Positions 51,928 through 61,141 of a stretch of DNA of 64,000 nt are shown piece after piece. Position 1 is the first letter of the stretch, and the number at the start of each line of letters is the position of its first letter. The stretch lies in the NCBI RefSeq assembly GCF_054482525.1, contig NZ_CM137006.1. One strand, given 5' to 3'. The notes under the pieces were generated by a model. That model did not search any database. It was given only the letters and a program-made list of their open reading frames with translations, and was not told the origin of the DNA. The position numbers and the translations under genes were made by a program.

Positions 51928-52800
51928 TTACCAGCGACCGGACGCGCCGCCACCGCCAGAAGAACCGCCACCACCGCTAAATCCGCCGCCACTTGAGCCG
52001 CCACCGGAACCGCTGTTGTCTGAATGATAACTTCTACCAGATGCTTTTTTCTGAAGTACACATAAACAGGTAAAGACCATAATGGTGGTGAAAGTAAAAA
52101 AGAAGAAAAATACAGCAATGGAAAAAGTTTTATCGGAGAACAGGAATAAATCTAAAAGATAGATTGCTGAAATACAGACACTGCTTTTACATGCGCGACA
52201 AAAATTACTGCCTTGATGAAAAAACCAGAAAGGGAAGAACATCACTGCAAATACCCAAAAAATAGCAAAGTAGTAATGATCGCTGGAAGACGCTGATTCA
52301 CTTTCTGAAGGATTAGCCGAATATTGGTGTTGTGAAGTGAGTTGGTTATTCAAAGCGATTATAGCTAACTCTAATCCCTTAGCTAATTTTTGTTGTTTAA
52401 ATGCGGGTATCATGTTGCTACGGATGATATCTCCAGCCAGAGCATCGGTTACCTTTTCTTCCAGCCCATAACCTACCTGGATGCGGACAGTGCGATCCGA
52501 CCAGGCAACAATGATCAGTATCCCATCATTGCGTTTGGCATCTCCTAAACGCCAATTGTTAAAAACCCTTGTAGCATATTGTTCAATTGTCTCGTCTTTG
52601 GTTGTGGGAATAATTAATACAGCAATTTGTACTTGGGTATTATTGAAAATAGATTCTAACTTGTACGTCAGTTCTTTCTTTTCTTGTGAGTTTAAGCTAC
52701 TCGTAAGATCCGTAACTTGTTGCTGTAATTGTGGGACAATAGTTGGTTGGGCTGCAACAAAGGAACACACGAATGTGAATATTAGTATGAAATAGCGCAT
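51928..52800 (-). CDS. ygcG: TPM-domain membrane protein with Gly/Ser-rich C-terminal tail
   Basis: 290 aa from ATG at 52800; signal peptide, TPM domain, TM helix, [16 protein letters not shown] tail; ORF track extension upstream probably spurious. Confidence 0.8.
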   Translation of the reverse strand: MRYFILIFTFVCSFVAAQPTIVPQLQQQVTDLTSSLNSQEKKELTYKLESIFNNTQVQIAVLIIPTTKDETIEQYATRVFNNWRLGDAKRNDGILIIVAWSDRTVRIQVGYGLEEKVTDALAGDIIRSNMIPAFKQQKLAKGLELAIIALNNQLTSQHQYSANPSESESASSSDHYYFAIFWVFAVMFFPFWFFHQGSNFCRACKSSVCISAIYLLDLFLFSDKTFSIAVFFFFFTFTTIMVFTCLCVLQKKASGRSYHSDNSGSGGGSSGGGFSGGGGSSGGGGASGRW

Positions 52801-53093
52801 TATAAATGTCTCATTAAATCTGGATAAATAAATTGACGGCGGCATCGGTAATTTGAGATTCGTTATAATTAAAAACGAACACAGAAAAAATAAGTATAAT
52901 TTTGGTGAATGTTTTTGACATGATTAAATCCCTTTACTTTATTTATTTCTGACATAATACGTTACCCCCTTTTATTATTAACGATCTGTTTCTCATTTTT
53001 CTTTAAACCTGCCTGTAACAGAATGTTAATAAGACATGATTGTTGTGGCAGGATCTGCAATAATTAACAATTATCCACTTCACAGAGAATGCT

Positions 53094-53765
53094 ATGCAGT
53101 ACCCGATTAACGAGATGTTCCAGACCCTGCAAGGTGAGGGTTACTTTACCGGCGTCCCCGCCATTTTTATTCGTTTACAGGGATGCCCGGTTGGCTGTGC
53201 CTGGTGCGACACCAAACACACCTGGGAAAAGCTTGAGGATCGGGAAGTTTCCCTTTTCAGCATTCTGGGTAAAACGAAAGAGAGTGATAAGTGGGGAGCA
53301 GCAAGCAGTGAAGACTTACTCGCAGTCATCGGTCGTCAGGGATACACCGCGCGTCACGTGGTGATTACGGGTGGTGAACCTTGTATTCATGATTTGCTGC
53401 CACTGACTGACCTGCTCGAAAAGAACGGTTTCAGTTGTCAGATAGAAACCAGCGGTACTCATGAAGTGCGTTGTACGCCGAATACCTGGGTCACCGTGTC
53501 GCCAAAGCTAAATATGCGTGGTGGTTATGAAGTATTGTCGCAAGCCCTGGAGCGAGCTAACGAAATTAAACACCCAGTTGGACGTGTACGTGATATCGAA
53601 GCACTGGATGAATTGCTTGCGACGCTGACCGATGATAAACCGCGAGTCATTGCACTGCAGCCGATTAGCCAAAAGGATGATGCCACACGTTTGTGCATTG
53701 AAACTTGCATTGCGCGTAACTGGCGTTTGTCGATGCAAACACATAAATATTTAAATATTGCCTGA
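53094..53765 (+). CDS. queE: 7-carboxy-7-deazaguanine synthase (radical SAM)
   Basis: 223 aa; CxxxCxxC-type cluster motif CPVGCAWC. Confidence 0.92.
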   Translation: MQYPINEMFQTLQGEGYFTGVPAIFIRLQGCPVGCAWCDTKHTWEKLEDREVSLFSILGKTKESDKWGAASSEDLLAVIGRQGYTARHVVITGGEPCIHDLLPLTDLLEKNGFSCQIETSGTHEVRCTPNTWVTVSPKLNMRGGYEVLSQALERANEIKHPVGRVRDIEALDELLATLTDDKPRVIALQPISQKDDATRLCIETCIARNWRLSMQTHKYLNIA

Positions 53766-54039
53766 TTACACATTTATATGCGTTATAAATGGGTGGAACC
53801 TGTAAAGACTTCCACTCATTTATATTTTTTGTCGCCTCTGAAAACTCATCCATTTTGCCCATTCCGGACTAATCATTGTCATTCTCTACAAATTCTGTGG
53901 CGTTAATTTTTCTCTGGGGTGAAAATTATTGCGGTAAAGTTTGGTAGATTTTAGTCGGTATAGGATTACTTTAAATATTTAGCTTTTCAATCAATGAATT
54001 AAGTGCTCTTTAACATAATGGATGTGTTGTTTGTGTGAT

Positions 54040-54104
54040 ACTGTAAAGTTGGTAGATTGTGACTGGCTTAAAAAATCATTAATTAATAATAGGTTATGTT
54101 TAGA
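54040..54104 (+). promoter_or_regulatory. AT-rich CRISPR leader
   Basis: TTAATTAATAATAGGTTATGTTTAGA immediately precedes the first repeat. Confidence 0.5.
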
Positions 54105-54255
54105 GAGTTCCCCGCGCGAGCGGGGATAAACCGAAAACCACGACCTGGCGATCGGCGTGCTGGATGAGTTTCCCGCGCGAGCGGGGATAAACCGGATAGG
54201 TGTTACACATATGACCAGGCACTGGCGAGTTCCCCGCGTCAGCGGGGATAACCAT
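54105..54255 (+). CRISPR. Minimal type I-E CRISPR array: 3 repeats (last degenerate), 2 spacers of 32 bp
   Basis: Repeats GAGTTCCCCGCGCGAGCGGGGATAAACCG (54105-54133), GAGTTTCCCGCGCGAGCGGGGATAAACCG (54166-54194), degenerate GAGTTCCCCGCGTCAGCGGGGATAACC.. (54227-54255); spacers 54134-54165 and 54195-54226. Confidence 0.85.
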
Positions 54256-54268
54256 TCAGGTATGTTCA

Positions 54269-54292
54269 GGCCGGGCAGTTTCCCGCCCGGCC
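54269..54292. terminator. GC-rich hairpin between CRISPR array and ygcE stop
   Basis: GGCCGGGC-agtttccc-GCCCGGCC; no clear U-tract on either strand. Confidence 0.35.
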
Positions 54293-54300
54293 TTCCTCAC

Positions 54301-55779
54301 TTACGCATTCGACCAGCTCTGGATCGAATCTTCATTCCCCAGCTCACCATGCATCACTTCATACGATTTTTTCAGGATCACATCAGTGTGCTTGGTTAGG
54401 TCTTTGAAAATGCCTTTATTCATCGCGTCGTAGCGTTTGGCATTGCTCTCAACAGGCATAAAGATATCTTTCACGCGAACCATTTTGTCGACAGCCGTTG
54501 CGTAATCCGGGTATAGCCCCAGACCTACCGCCGTATTAATCGCTGCCCCCAGACTTGCACAACCATTAATGGCGTTACGGCGTGCCGGAAGGTTGAACAC
54601 GTCGGCAAAAATCTGCATAAACAGATCGCTGTTCGAACCGCCGCCAGTAATGATCACATGCTTTGCAAAGTGATTCATTTCATTACACATATTGTCGTAA
54701 TTGTTCTTCAGCGTCAGCGCCACGCTTTCCAGTATCGAACGATATATCCATGCGTAATCCATGCTGGAATCAAAGCCGATCATAATCCCGCGTTTGTACG
54801 GTTCCCACGGATTGGTCAGCCAGTCCAGCACCGTCATCAGCCCATTACAGCCAGGTGGCACACTAGAGGCTTTCTTGTTGAGTAAATCTTCCGGTGAAAG
54901 ATCCTGCGCCCTGGCATCCTGAATTAACGACTCGCCTAACATGTCGCGTAGCCAGCTCACCGTCCACATGCCTTTGCGAATACCGTAACCTTCATACAGC
55001 AAGGTTTGCGGAATAGAAGACATAATCGGCCAGTACGCTACCGGATCTTTCGGCAGTGCTTTACCGTTCATCATCAGCGCGATGTAGGTGCCAAGAGAAA
55101 TCACCGCCGTTTCATCATCCAGTAATCCGGCTCCCAGAGCTTCTACCGGTTTATCACTGGTGGTACAAACAACCGGCAGCCCTGCTGGGAAATGTGTCGC
55201 CAGCGCGGCTTGAGGAGTGATATGCCCAAGAACAGTGCCCGGCATTTGCACATCAAACAGCATATGACGGGGGATATTAAACTTCTCCATGACTGCGGCA
55301 TCTTCACTCCATGCCCAGGTCTTATAATCCACCGGCCACTGACCAAAATAGTTGGCGATATTATCTTTAAACTCGCCGGTTAAGCGATGCGTCAGATAAC
55401 CTGAAAAAGAGGTGACATAGGCCACGTCAGGATTCGTATGTTCGTAAGGGCGTGTAACGCGTGCATCCTGCCAGCTGATCAACGGTGCAGCTGGCGTGCC
55501 ATCGGCTTTCAATAACGCACGGCAGCAACGGATGGATCCCAGACCAATACCGACAATATCGTCTTTATTCCCGGCAAACTGACTCATCAAATCGTGACCG
55601 GCAAAACATAATGATGCCCATAAATCGTCGTCAGGATGTTCTGCAGTATCGGCATCTGGCGTGTGCATCGGCTGTAATAAGCCTTTGCCTTCGCAAACCA
55701 CGTTACCTTCCAGATCGTACATCACCACTTTTGTGCTCTGACTTCCGCCATCAATCCCTATGATGTATTTTTTCGACAT
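54301..55779 (-). CDS. ygcE: FGGY-family carbohydrate kinase (glycerol kinase-like)
   Basis: 492 aa; FGGY N- and C-terminal domains; 26 nt after yqcE stop. Confidence 0.88.
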   Translation of the reverse strand: MSKKYIIGIDGGSQSTKVVMYDLEGNVVCEGKGLLQPMHTPDADTAEHPDDDLWASLCFAGHDLMSQFAGNKDDIVGIGLGSIRCCRALLKADGTPAAPLISWQDARVTRPYEHTNPDVAYVTSFSGYLTHRLTGEFKDNIANYFGQWPVDYKTWAWSEDAAVMEKFNIPRHMLFDVQMPGTVLGHITPQAALATHFPAGLPVVCTTSDKPVEALGAGLLDDETAVISLGTYIALMMNGKALPKDPVAYWPIMSSIPQTLLYEGYGIRKGMWTVSWLRDMLGESLIQDARAQDLSPEDLLNKKASSVPPGCNGLMTVLDWLTNPWEPYKRGIMIGFDSSMDYAWIYRSILESVALTLKNNYDNMCNEMNHFAKHVIITGGGSNSDLFMQIFADVFNLPARRNAINGCASLGAAINTAVGLGLYPDYATAVDKMVRVKDIFMPVESNAKRYDAMNKGIFKDLTKHTDVILKKSYEVMHGELGNEDSIQSWSNA

Positions 55780-55805
55780 GATTTTTCTCCTGTAATTTTC
55801 TGGAC

Positions 55806-57083
55806 TTACTTGCTGCTAGCCATAGCAGGGGCGCTATCAGCAGTACGAATTTTTTGGAACAGCAAAAAGGTAAAGACGATCACCATGGCAAGCGCCGCCA
55901 TGCCCATCAGCCACATATTGCGGTAGGCTTCTGCTGCGGGCAGGGTGTCTTGCCAGTGGCCGATAATTGGGTAAACGAAGACATCCGGCAGGAATCCAAT
56001 CACCGAACAAATACCTACCGTGGTGCCCATAATGTAAGACGGTGTTCTCGCTTCGCCAGGGCAGGCCCAGTACAGCCCGCGTGAGGCGTAACAGGTGAAT
56101 CCCAGAAGTAAAATCAGACCAATCCCCATCGCGACCGATTGCGGGTTAGAGTTCGTGATGAGCAGGGCAGTTAACGCCAGCAGGCCGAGTACGGAAAGGA
56201 TTTGGATCACGCGGGTAGGGGATTTCACTTTGCTGTAAGTGGTGATAATGCCGCCAAGCGGACCGCACAGTGCGCGGAAGATTTTGTTGATCACAATCCC
56301 CATGTAGCTCGCCGCCACCAGCGACATACCGTACATTTCGGTCAGATAGTTGGTGGAGTAACTCAGAATGGCGTAGATGGTGAAGACACCAAAAATCACC
56401 ATGCTGCAATACCAGGTGGTGCTGATGCGCAAAACGGCCAGGATGTCGCTAAGCTGGAATGACTGTTTTTCTTCGTTATTGGTATTGCGTAGGTTGTTGT
56501 TATCGCTAACAAAAAACCAACACAAAATGCCCAGCAGAATGTAAACCACACTGTAGATGATAATGACCGTTTTCAGGCTGGCGCTGTCATCCGGTGCAAA
56601 GCGAGAAAAGACCCACATGGTAAACACCGCCAGCGACATTACACCGACGCCGCGCAGCCCTTCCATCCAGCCCATAATTTTCCCTTGCTCGCTATGATCG
56701 CCCAGCAACGATGCGGCTTTAATCGACACCGACCACAGCATTAAAATCGTCGTTATCGCAAAGGCGACCTGAATACAGAGCATTACCCACAGCGGTGGAT
56801 ATGTTGCCATTAACAGACCCAGTAATCCGGTAATGATCATCGCGGAAGTAATCATTTTGCGGTGTGAAAATTTATCGGCAATAACGCCGCTGGGGGCATA
56901 AAGAATAATAGCCGCAATACCAAAGGTACTCATTATTAAACCTATCTCGGTATTGCTGAATCCCATAAATTTTGCCATGGGAATTTGATAAATATAACGT
57001 AAATAAGCCAGGTCGAAACTAACGCCGCCGCTAAAACTAATTATCGCGAGGGTTATCCAACGGCGATATGAGTTGTGTTGCAT
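55806..57083 (-). CDS. yqcE: MFS transporter
   Basis: 425 aa; 12 TM; first gene of yqcE-ygcE. Confidence 0.88.
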   Translation of the reverse strand: MQHNSYRRWITLAIISFSGGVSFDLAYLRYIYQIPMAKFMGFSNTEIGLIMSTFGIAAIILYAPSGVIADKFSHRKMITSAMIITGLLGLLMATYPPLWVMLCIQVAFAITTILMLWSVSIKAASLLGDHSEQGKIMGWMEGLRGVGVMSLAVFTMWVFSRFAPDDSASLKTVIIIYSVVYILLGILCWFFVSDNNNLRNTNNEEKQSFQLSDILAVLRISTTWYCSMVIFGVFTIYAILSYSTNYLTEMYGMSLVAASYMGIVINKIFRALCGPLGGIITTYSKVKSPTRVIQILSVLGLLALTALLITNSNPQSVAMGIGLILLLGFTCYASRGLYWACPGEARTPSYIMGTTVGICSVIGFLPDVFVYPIIGHWQDTLPAAEAYRNMWLMGMAALAMVIVFTFLLFQKIRTADSAPAMASSK

Positions 57084-57107
57084 ATCGTATTCCCATTTGT
57101 AATAGAC

Positions 57108-57155
57108 AAAAAAAAGAGAAAAGTAAGCCGCCCTTTCAGGTGGATTACTTTTCTC
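57108..57155 (-). terminator. Leader intrinsic terminator about 25 nt upstream of yqcE start (putative attenuator)
   Basis: On minus strand GAGAAAAGTAA-18 nt loop-TTACTTTTCTC (perfect 11 bp) followed by T8 run. Confidence 0.6.
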
Positions 57156-57204
57156 AGGTCTCTAGTAATTGCAATAAGAAATAACATGGAAAGCAGAGGT
57201 GTTG

Positions 57205-57220
57205 TGTGAGAGTAATCACG
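57205..57220. promoter_or_regulatory. CRP-like site, yqcE-proximal
   Basis: TGTGAgagtaaTCACg. Confidence 0.5.
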
Positions 57221-57261
57221 CTTCTGCTTTTTAAAATTATTTGACAATTCGAATATCACAC

Positions 57262-57277
57262 TGTGATTACGATCACA
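57262..57277. promoter_or_regulatory. CRP consensus site, ygcW-proximal
   Basis: TGTGAttacgaTCACA: both half-sites perfect with 6-bp spacer. Confidence 0.6.
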
Positions 57278-57331
57278 TTAGCGATTATGCCCTTATGATA
57301 AAAATTATCTCCAGTTACCAGAGATAATGAG

Positions 57332-57377
57332 AAAGGTAACTTCCCTCTCGCGGGGGAAGTTACCTTTCTTTTTTTTT
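57332..57377 (+). terminator. Leader intrinsic terminator about 25 nt upstream of ygcW start (putative attenuator)
   Basis: AAAGGTAACTTCCC-tctcgcgg-GGGAAGTTACCTTT (perfect 14 bp) followed by CTTTTTTTTT; upstream AGTTACC (57313-57319) can pair with GGTAACT (57335-57341) as an alternative antiterminator. Confidence 0.6.
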
Positions 57378-57401
57378 GCCTTACGGAAATTGGAGCTAAC
57401 T

Positions 57402-58187
57402 ATGTCAATCGAATCTCTCAATGCGTTCTCAATGGATTTTTTCTCCCTGAAAGGTAAAACCGCAATTGTTACCGGCGGGAATAGCGGTTTAGGCCAGGCA
57501 TTTGCCATGGCGCTGGCCAAAGCAGGCGCAAATATCTTTATTCCAAGCTTCGTTAAAGATAACGGCGAAACAAAGGGAATGATTGAAAAACAGGGTGTTG
57601 AAGTTGATTTTATGCAGGTGGATATCACCGCAAAAGGCGCGCCGCAGAAGATAATCGCCGCCTGTTGCGAACGTTTCGGTACCGTCGATATTCTGGTTAA
57701 CAATGCCGGTATTTGTAAGCTGAATAAGGTGCTGGACTTCGGTCGTGCCGACTGGGATCCAATGATTGATGTGAACCTGACCGCCGCATTCGAGTTAAGC
57801 TATGAAGCTGCAAAAATTATGATCCCGCAGAAAAGCGGTAAAATCATTAATATCTGTTCATTGTTCTCTTACTTAGGTGGACAATGGTCACCTGCTTATT
57901 CTGCCACTAAACATGCTCTTGCCGTATTCACCAAAGCCTATTGCGATGAATTAGGTCAATATAATATTCAGGTGAATGGTATTGCTCCGGGATATTACGC
58001 TACCGATATCACTCTGGCGACCCGTAGTAATCCAGAAACTAACCAGCGCGTTCTTGATCATATTCCGGCAAACCGTTGGGGCGATACTCAGGATTTAATG
58101 GGCGCAGCCGTATTCCTCGCAAGTCCGGCATCGAATTATGTCAACGGACATTTATTAGTGGTTGATGGCGGTTATTTAGTGCGCTAA
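57402..58187 (+). CDS. ygcW: Short-chain dehydrogenase/reductase (SDR)
   Basis: 261 aa from ATG at 57402; TGGNSGLG Rossmann motif and YxxxK catalytic pair; ORF track extension upstream spans the leader terminator and is spurious. Confidence 0.88.
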   Translation: MSIESLNAFSMDFFSLKGKTAIVTGGNSGLGQAFAMALAKAGANIFIPSFVKDNGETKGMIEKQGVEVDFMQVDITAKGAPQKIIAACCERFGTVDILVNNAGICKLNKVLDFGRADWDPMIDVNLTAAFELSYEAAKIMIPQKSGKIINICSLFSYLGGQWSPAYSATKHALAVFTKAYCDELGQYNIQVNGIAPGYYATDITLATRSNPETNQRVLDHIPANRWGDTQDLMGAAVFLASPASNYVNGHLLVVDGGYLVR

Positions 58188-58256
58188 TCCATAACGGTGG
58201 TTTCTGTTTTCTCTTATTAATGATTATTCCATTTTTATTATCAGGAAGGAATTACT

Positions 58257-59711
58257 ATGTCTTTATCTCGCGCAGCGATTGTCGACCAGCTAAAGGAAAT
58301 TGTTGGTGCAGATCGCGTAATTACCGATGAAACAGTATTAAAGAAAAACAGTATTGACCGTTTTCGTAAATTTCCGGATATTCATGGTATTTATACTTTG
58401 CCGATTCCGGCAGCGGTCGTAAAACTCGGTTCCACAGAACAAGTCTCCCGTGTGCTGAATTTTATGAATGCGCACAAAATTAACGGTGTGCCGCGTACCG
58501 GCGCTTCCGCCACTGAAGGTGGGCTGGAAACCGTTGTGGAAAACTCGGTGGTGCTCGACGGCTCCGCCATGAATCAAATCATTAATATTGATATTGAGAA
58601 TATGCAGGCCACGGCGCAATGTGGCGTTCCGCTGGAAGTGCTGGAAAACGCGTTGCGTGAAAAAGGTTACACCACGGGGCATTCTCCGCAGTCAAAGCCG
58701 CTGGCGCAGATGGGCGGCCTGGTAGCAACCCGCAGTATCGGGCAGTTCTCCACACTCTACGGCGCAATCGAAGATATGGTCGTTGGTCTGGAAGCAGTAT
58801 TGGCTGATGGCACCGTGACACGCATTAAAAACGTGCCACGTCGCGCGGCTGGCCCGGACATTCGTCACATCATCATCGGCAACGAAGGTGCATTGTGCTA
58901 TATCACTGAAGTAACAGTGAAAATCTTTAAATTCACCCCAGAAAACAACCTCTTCTACGGCTATATCCTGGAAGACATGAAAACCGGCTTCAACATCCTG
59001 CGTGAAATCATGGTGGAAGGGTATCGTCCGTCGATCGCTCGTTTGTATGACGCTGAAGATGGCACCCAACACTTCACCCATTTTGCCGATGGTAAATGTG
59101 TGCTGATCTTTATGGCTGAAGGTAACCCTCGCATTGCGAAGGCGACAGGCGAAGGGATTGCTGAAATCGTGGCACGTTACCCGCAATGCCAGCGAGTGGA
59201 CAGCAAGCTGATCGAAACCTGGTTTAATCACCTGAACTGGGGGCCGGATAAAGTGGCCGCTGAACGTGTGCAGATCCTCAAAACCGGCAACATGGGCTTT
59301 ACCACCGAAGTGTCCGGCTGCTGGAGCTGCATCCACGAAATCTACGAAAGCGTTATTAACCGTATTCGTACCGAGTTCCCGCACGCCGACGACATCACCA
59401 TGCTGGGCGGTCACTCCTCTCACAGCTACCAGAACGGCACCAACATGTACTTCGTTTACGACTACAACGTTGTTGACTGTAAGCCGGAAGAGGAAATCGA
59501 CAAGTACCACAATCCGCTCAACAAAATCATCTGCGAAGAAACCATTCGCCTCGGCGGTTCGATGGTGCACCACCACGGTATTGGTAAACATCGCGTTCAC
59601 TGGAGCAAACTGGAACACGGCAGCGCGTGGACGTTGCTGGAAGGTCTGAAAAAACAGTTCGATCCTAACGGCATTATGAATACGGGTACTATCTATCCGA
59701 TTGAAAAATAA
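58257..59711 (+). CDS. ygcU: FAD-linked oxidase (GlcD / alkyl-DHAP-synthase-like)
   Basis: 484 aa; FAD-binding PCMH-type domain. Confidence 0.88.
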   Translation: MSLSRAAIVDQLKEIVGADRVITDETVLKKNSIDRFRKFPDIHGIYTLPIPAAVVKLGSTEQVSRVLNFMNAHKINGVPRTGASATEGGLETVVENSVVLDGSAMNQIINIDIENMQATAQCGVPLEVLENALREKGYTTGHSPQSKPLAQMGGLVATRSIGQFSTLYGAIEDMVVGLEAVLADGTVTRIKNVPRRAAGPDIRHIIIGNEGALCYITEVTVKIFKFTPENNLFYGYILEDMKTGFNILREIMVEGYRPSIARLYDAEDGTQHFTHFADGKCVLIFMAEGNPRIAKATGEGIAEIVARYPQCQRVDSKLIETWFNHLNWGPDKVAAERVQILKTGNMGFTTEVSGCWSCIHEIYESVINRIRTEFPHADDITMLGGHSSHSYQNGTNMYFVYDYNVVDCKPEEEIDKYHNPLNKIICEETIRLGGSMVHHHGIGKHRVHWSKLEHGSAWTLLEGLKKQFDPNGIMNTGTIYPIEK

Positions 59712-59751
59712 TATGTCAGGCAGCGTTCCGCTATGAGGGGCGTTGCCTTTT

Positions 59752-59781
59752 CGGCTTCTCAGGCGAGAAGCCGTTCTTATT
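59752..59781 (+). terminator. Hairpin with weak U-tract between ygcU and ygcS
   Basis: CGGCTTCTC-aggc-GAGAAGCCG followed by TTCTTATT; a second imperfect hairpin lies at 59719-59747. Confidence 0.4.
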
Positions 59782-59803
59782 ACCGGACAATGAAGGGGTA
59801 AAA

Positions 59804-61141
59804 ATGAACACTTCACCGGTGCGAATGGATGATTTACCGCTTAACCGTTTTCACTGCCGCATTGCTGCGCTCACTTTCGGCGCGCACCTGACCGACGGTT
59901 ATGTTCTCGGCGTCATTGGTTACGCCATTATTCAGCTTACACCCGCCATGCAACTGACGCCGTTTATGGCGGGAATGATTGGCGGCTCGGCGCTACTTGG
60001 CCTGTTTATCGGTAGCCTGGTTTTGGGGTGGATCTCCGACCATATTGGTCGGCAAAAAATCTTCACCTTCAGCTTTTTGCTGATTACGCTCGCTTCGTTC
60101 TTACAATTTTTTGCCACCACGCCAGAGCATCTTATTGGACTGCGCATTTTGATCGGCATTGGTCTGGGAGGCGATTACTCAGTAGGTCACACTTTGCTGG
60201 CTGAATTTTCTCCGCGCCGCCATCGCGGTATTTTGCTGGGCGCATTCAGCGTGGTGTGGACCGTAGGCTATGTGCTGGCAAGTATTGCCGGACATCACTT
60301 TATTAGCGAAAGCCCGGAGGCCTGGCGCTGGCTGCTGGCATCGGCAGCTCTGCCCGCATTGTTGATTACGTTATTACGCTGGGGAACGCCAGAATCGCCA
60401 CGCTGGCTACTGCGCCAGGGGCGTTTTGCAGAAGCTCACGCTATCGTGCATCGCTATTTTGGTCCCCATGTTTTACTGGGCGATGAAGTGGCAACGGCGA
60501 CCCATAAACACATCAAAACCTTGTTCTCTTCGCGCTACTGGCGGCGCACAGCGTTTAACAGCGTCTTCTTTGTCTGCCTCGTAATCCCATGGTTTGTGAT
60601 TTATACCTGGCTGCCAACTATCGCCCAAACTATTGGTCTGGAAGATGCGCTGACCGCTAGCCTGATGCTTAATGCGTTGTTAATTGTGGGCGCGCTGCTG
60701 GGATTAGTTCTGACGCACCTGCTGGCACATCGCAAGTTTTTGCTGGGAAGTTTTTTGCTGCTGGCGGCAACGCTGGTAGTAATGGCCTGTTTGCCTTCCG
60801 GCAGTTCATTAACGCTGCTGCTTTTTGTTCTCTTCAGCACCACCATTTCGGCAGTCAGTAATCTGGTGGGCATTTTGCCTGCGGAAAGTTTTCCTACTGA
60901 CATTCGCTCGCTGGGCGTCGGTTTTGCCACCGCCATGAGTCGGTTGGGCGCGGCAGTAAGTACGGGCCTGCTGCCGTGGGTGCTGGCGCAGTGGGGAATG
61001 CAAGTCACCTTATTGCTCCTGGCGGCAGTGTTGTTGGTTGGTTTTGTCGTGACCTGGCTATGGGCACCAGAAACCAAAGCACTCCCGCTGGTGGCGGCGG
61101 GAAATGTTGGAGGTGCGAATGAACATTCTGTTAGCGTTTAA
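59804..61141 (+). CDS. ygcS: MFS transporter
   Basis: 445 aa; 12 TM; overlaps ygcR start by 23 nt. Confidence 0.88.
   Translation: MNTSPVRMDDLPLNRFHCRIAALTFGAHLTDGYVLGVIGYAIIQLTPAMQLTPFMAGMIGGSALLGLFIGSLVLGWISDHIGRQKIFTFSFLLITLASFLQFFATTPEHLIGLRILIGIGLGGDYSVGHTLLAEFSPRRHRGILLGAFSVVWTVGYVLASIAGHHFISESPEAWRWLLASAALPALLITLLRWGTPESPRWLLRQGRFAEAHAIVHRYFGPHVLLGDEVATATHKHIKTLFSSRYWRRTAFNSVFFVCLVIPWFVIYTWLPTIAQTIGLEDALTASLMLNALLIVGALLGLVLTHLLAHRKFLLGSFLLLAATLVVMACLPSGSSLTLLLFVLFSTTISAVSNLVGILPAESFPTDIRSLGVGFATAMSRLGAAVSTGLLPWVLAQWGMQVTLLLLAAVLLVGFVVTWLWAPETKALPLVAAGNVGGANEHSVSV

Noticed and set aside
54157-54399. 80-aa ORF spanning CRISPR repeat 2, spacer 2 and the ygcE 3' end
   Set aside because: Overlaps the CRISPR array and the ygcE stop region; translation includes repeat-derived sequence; spurious.
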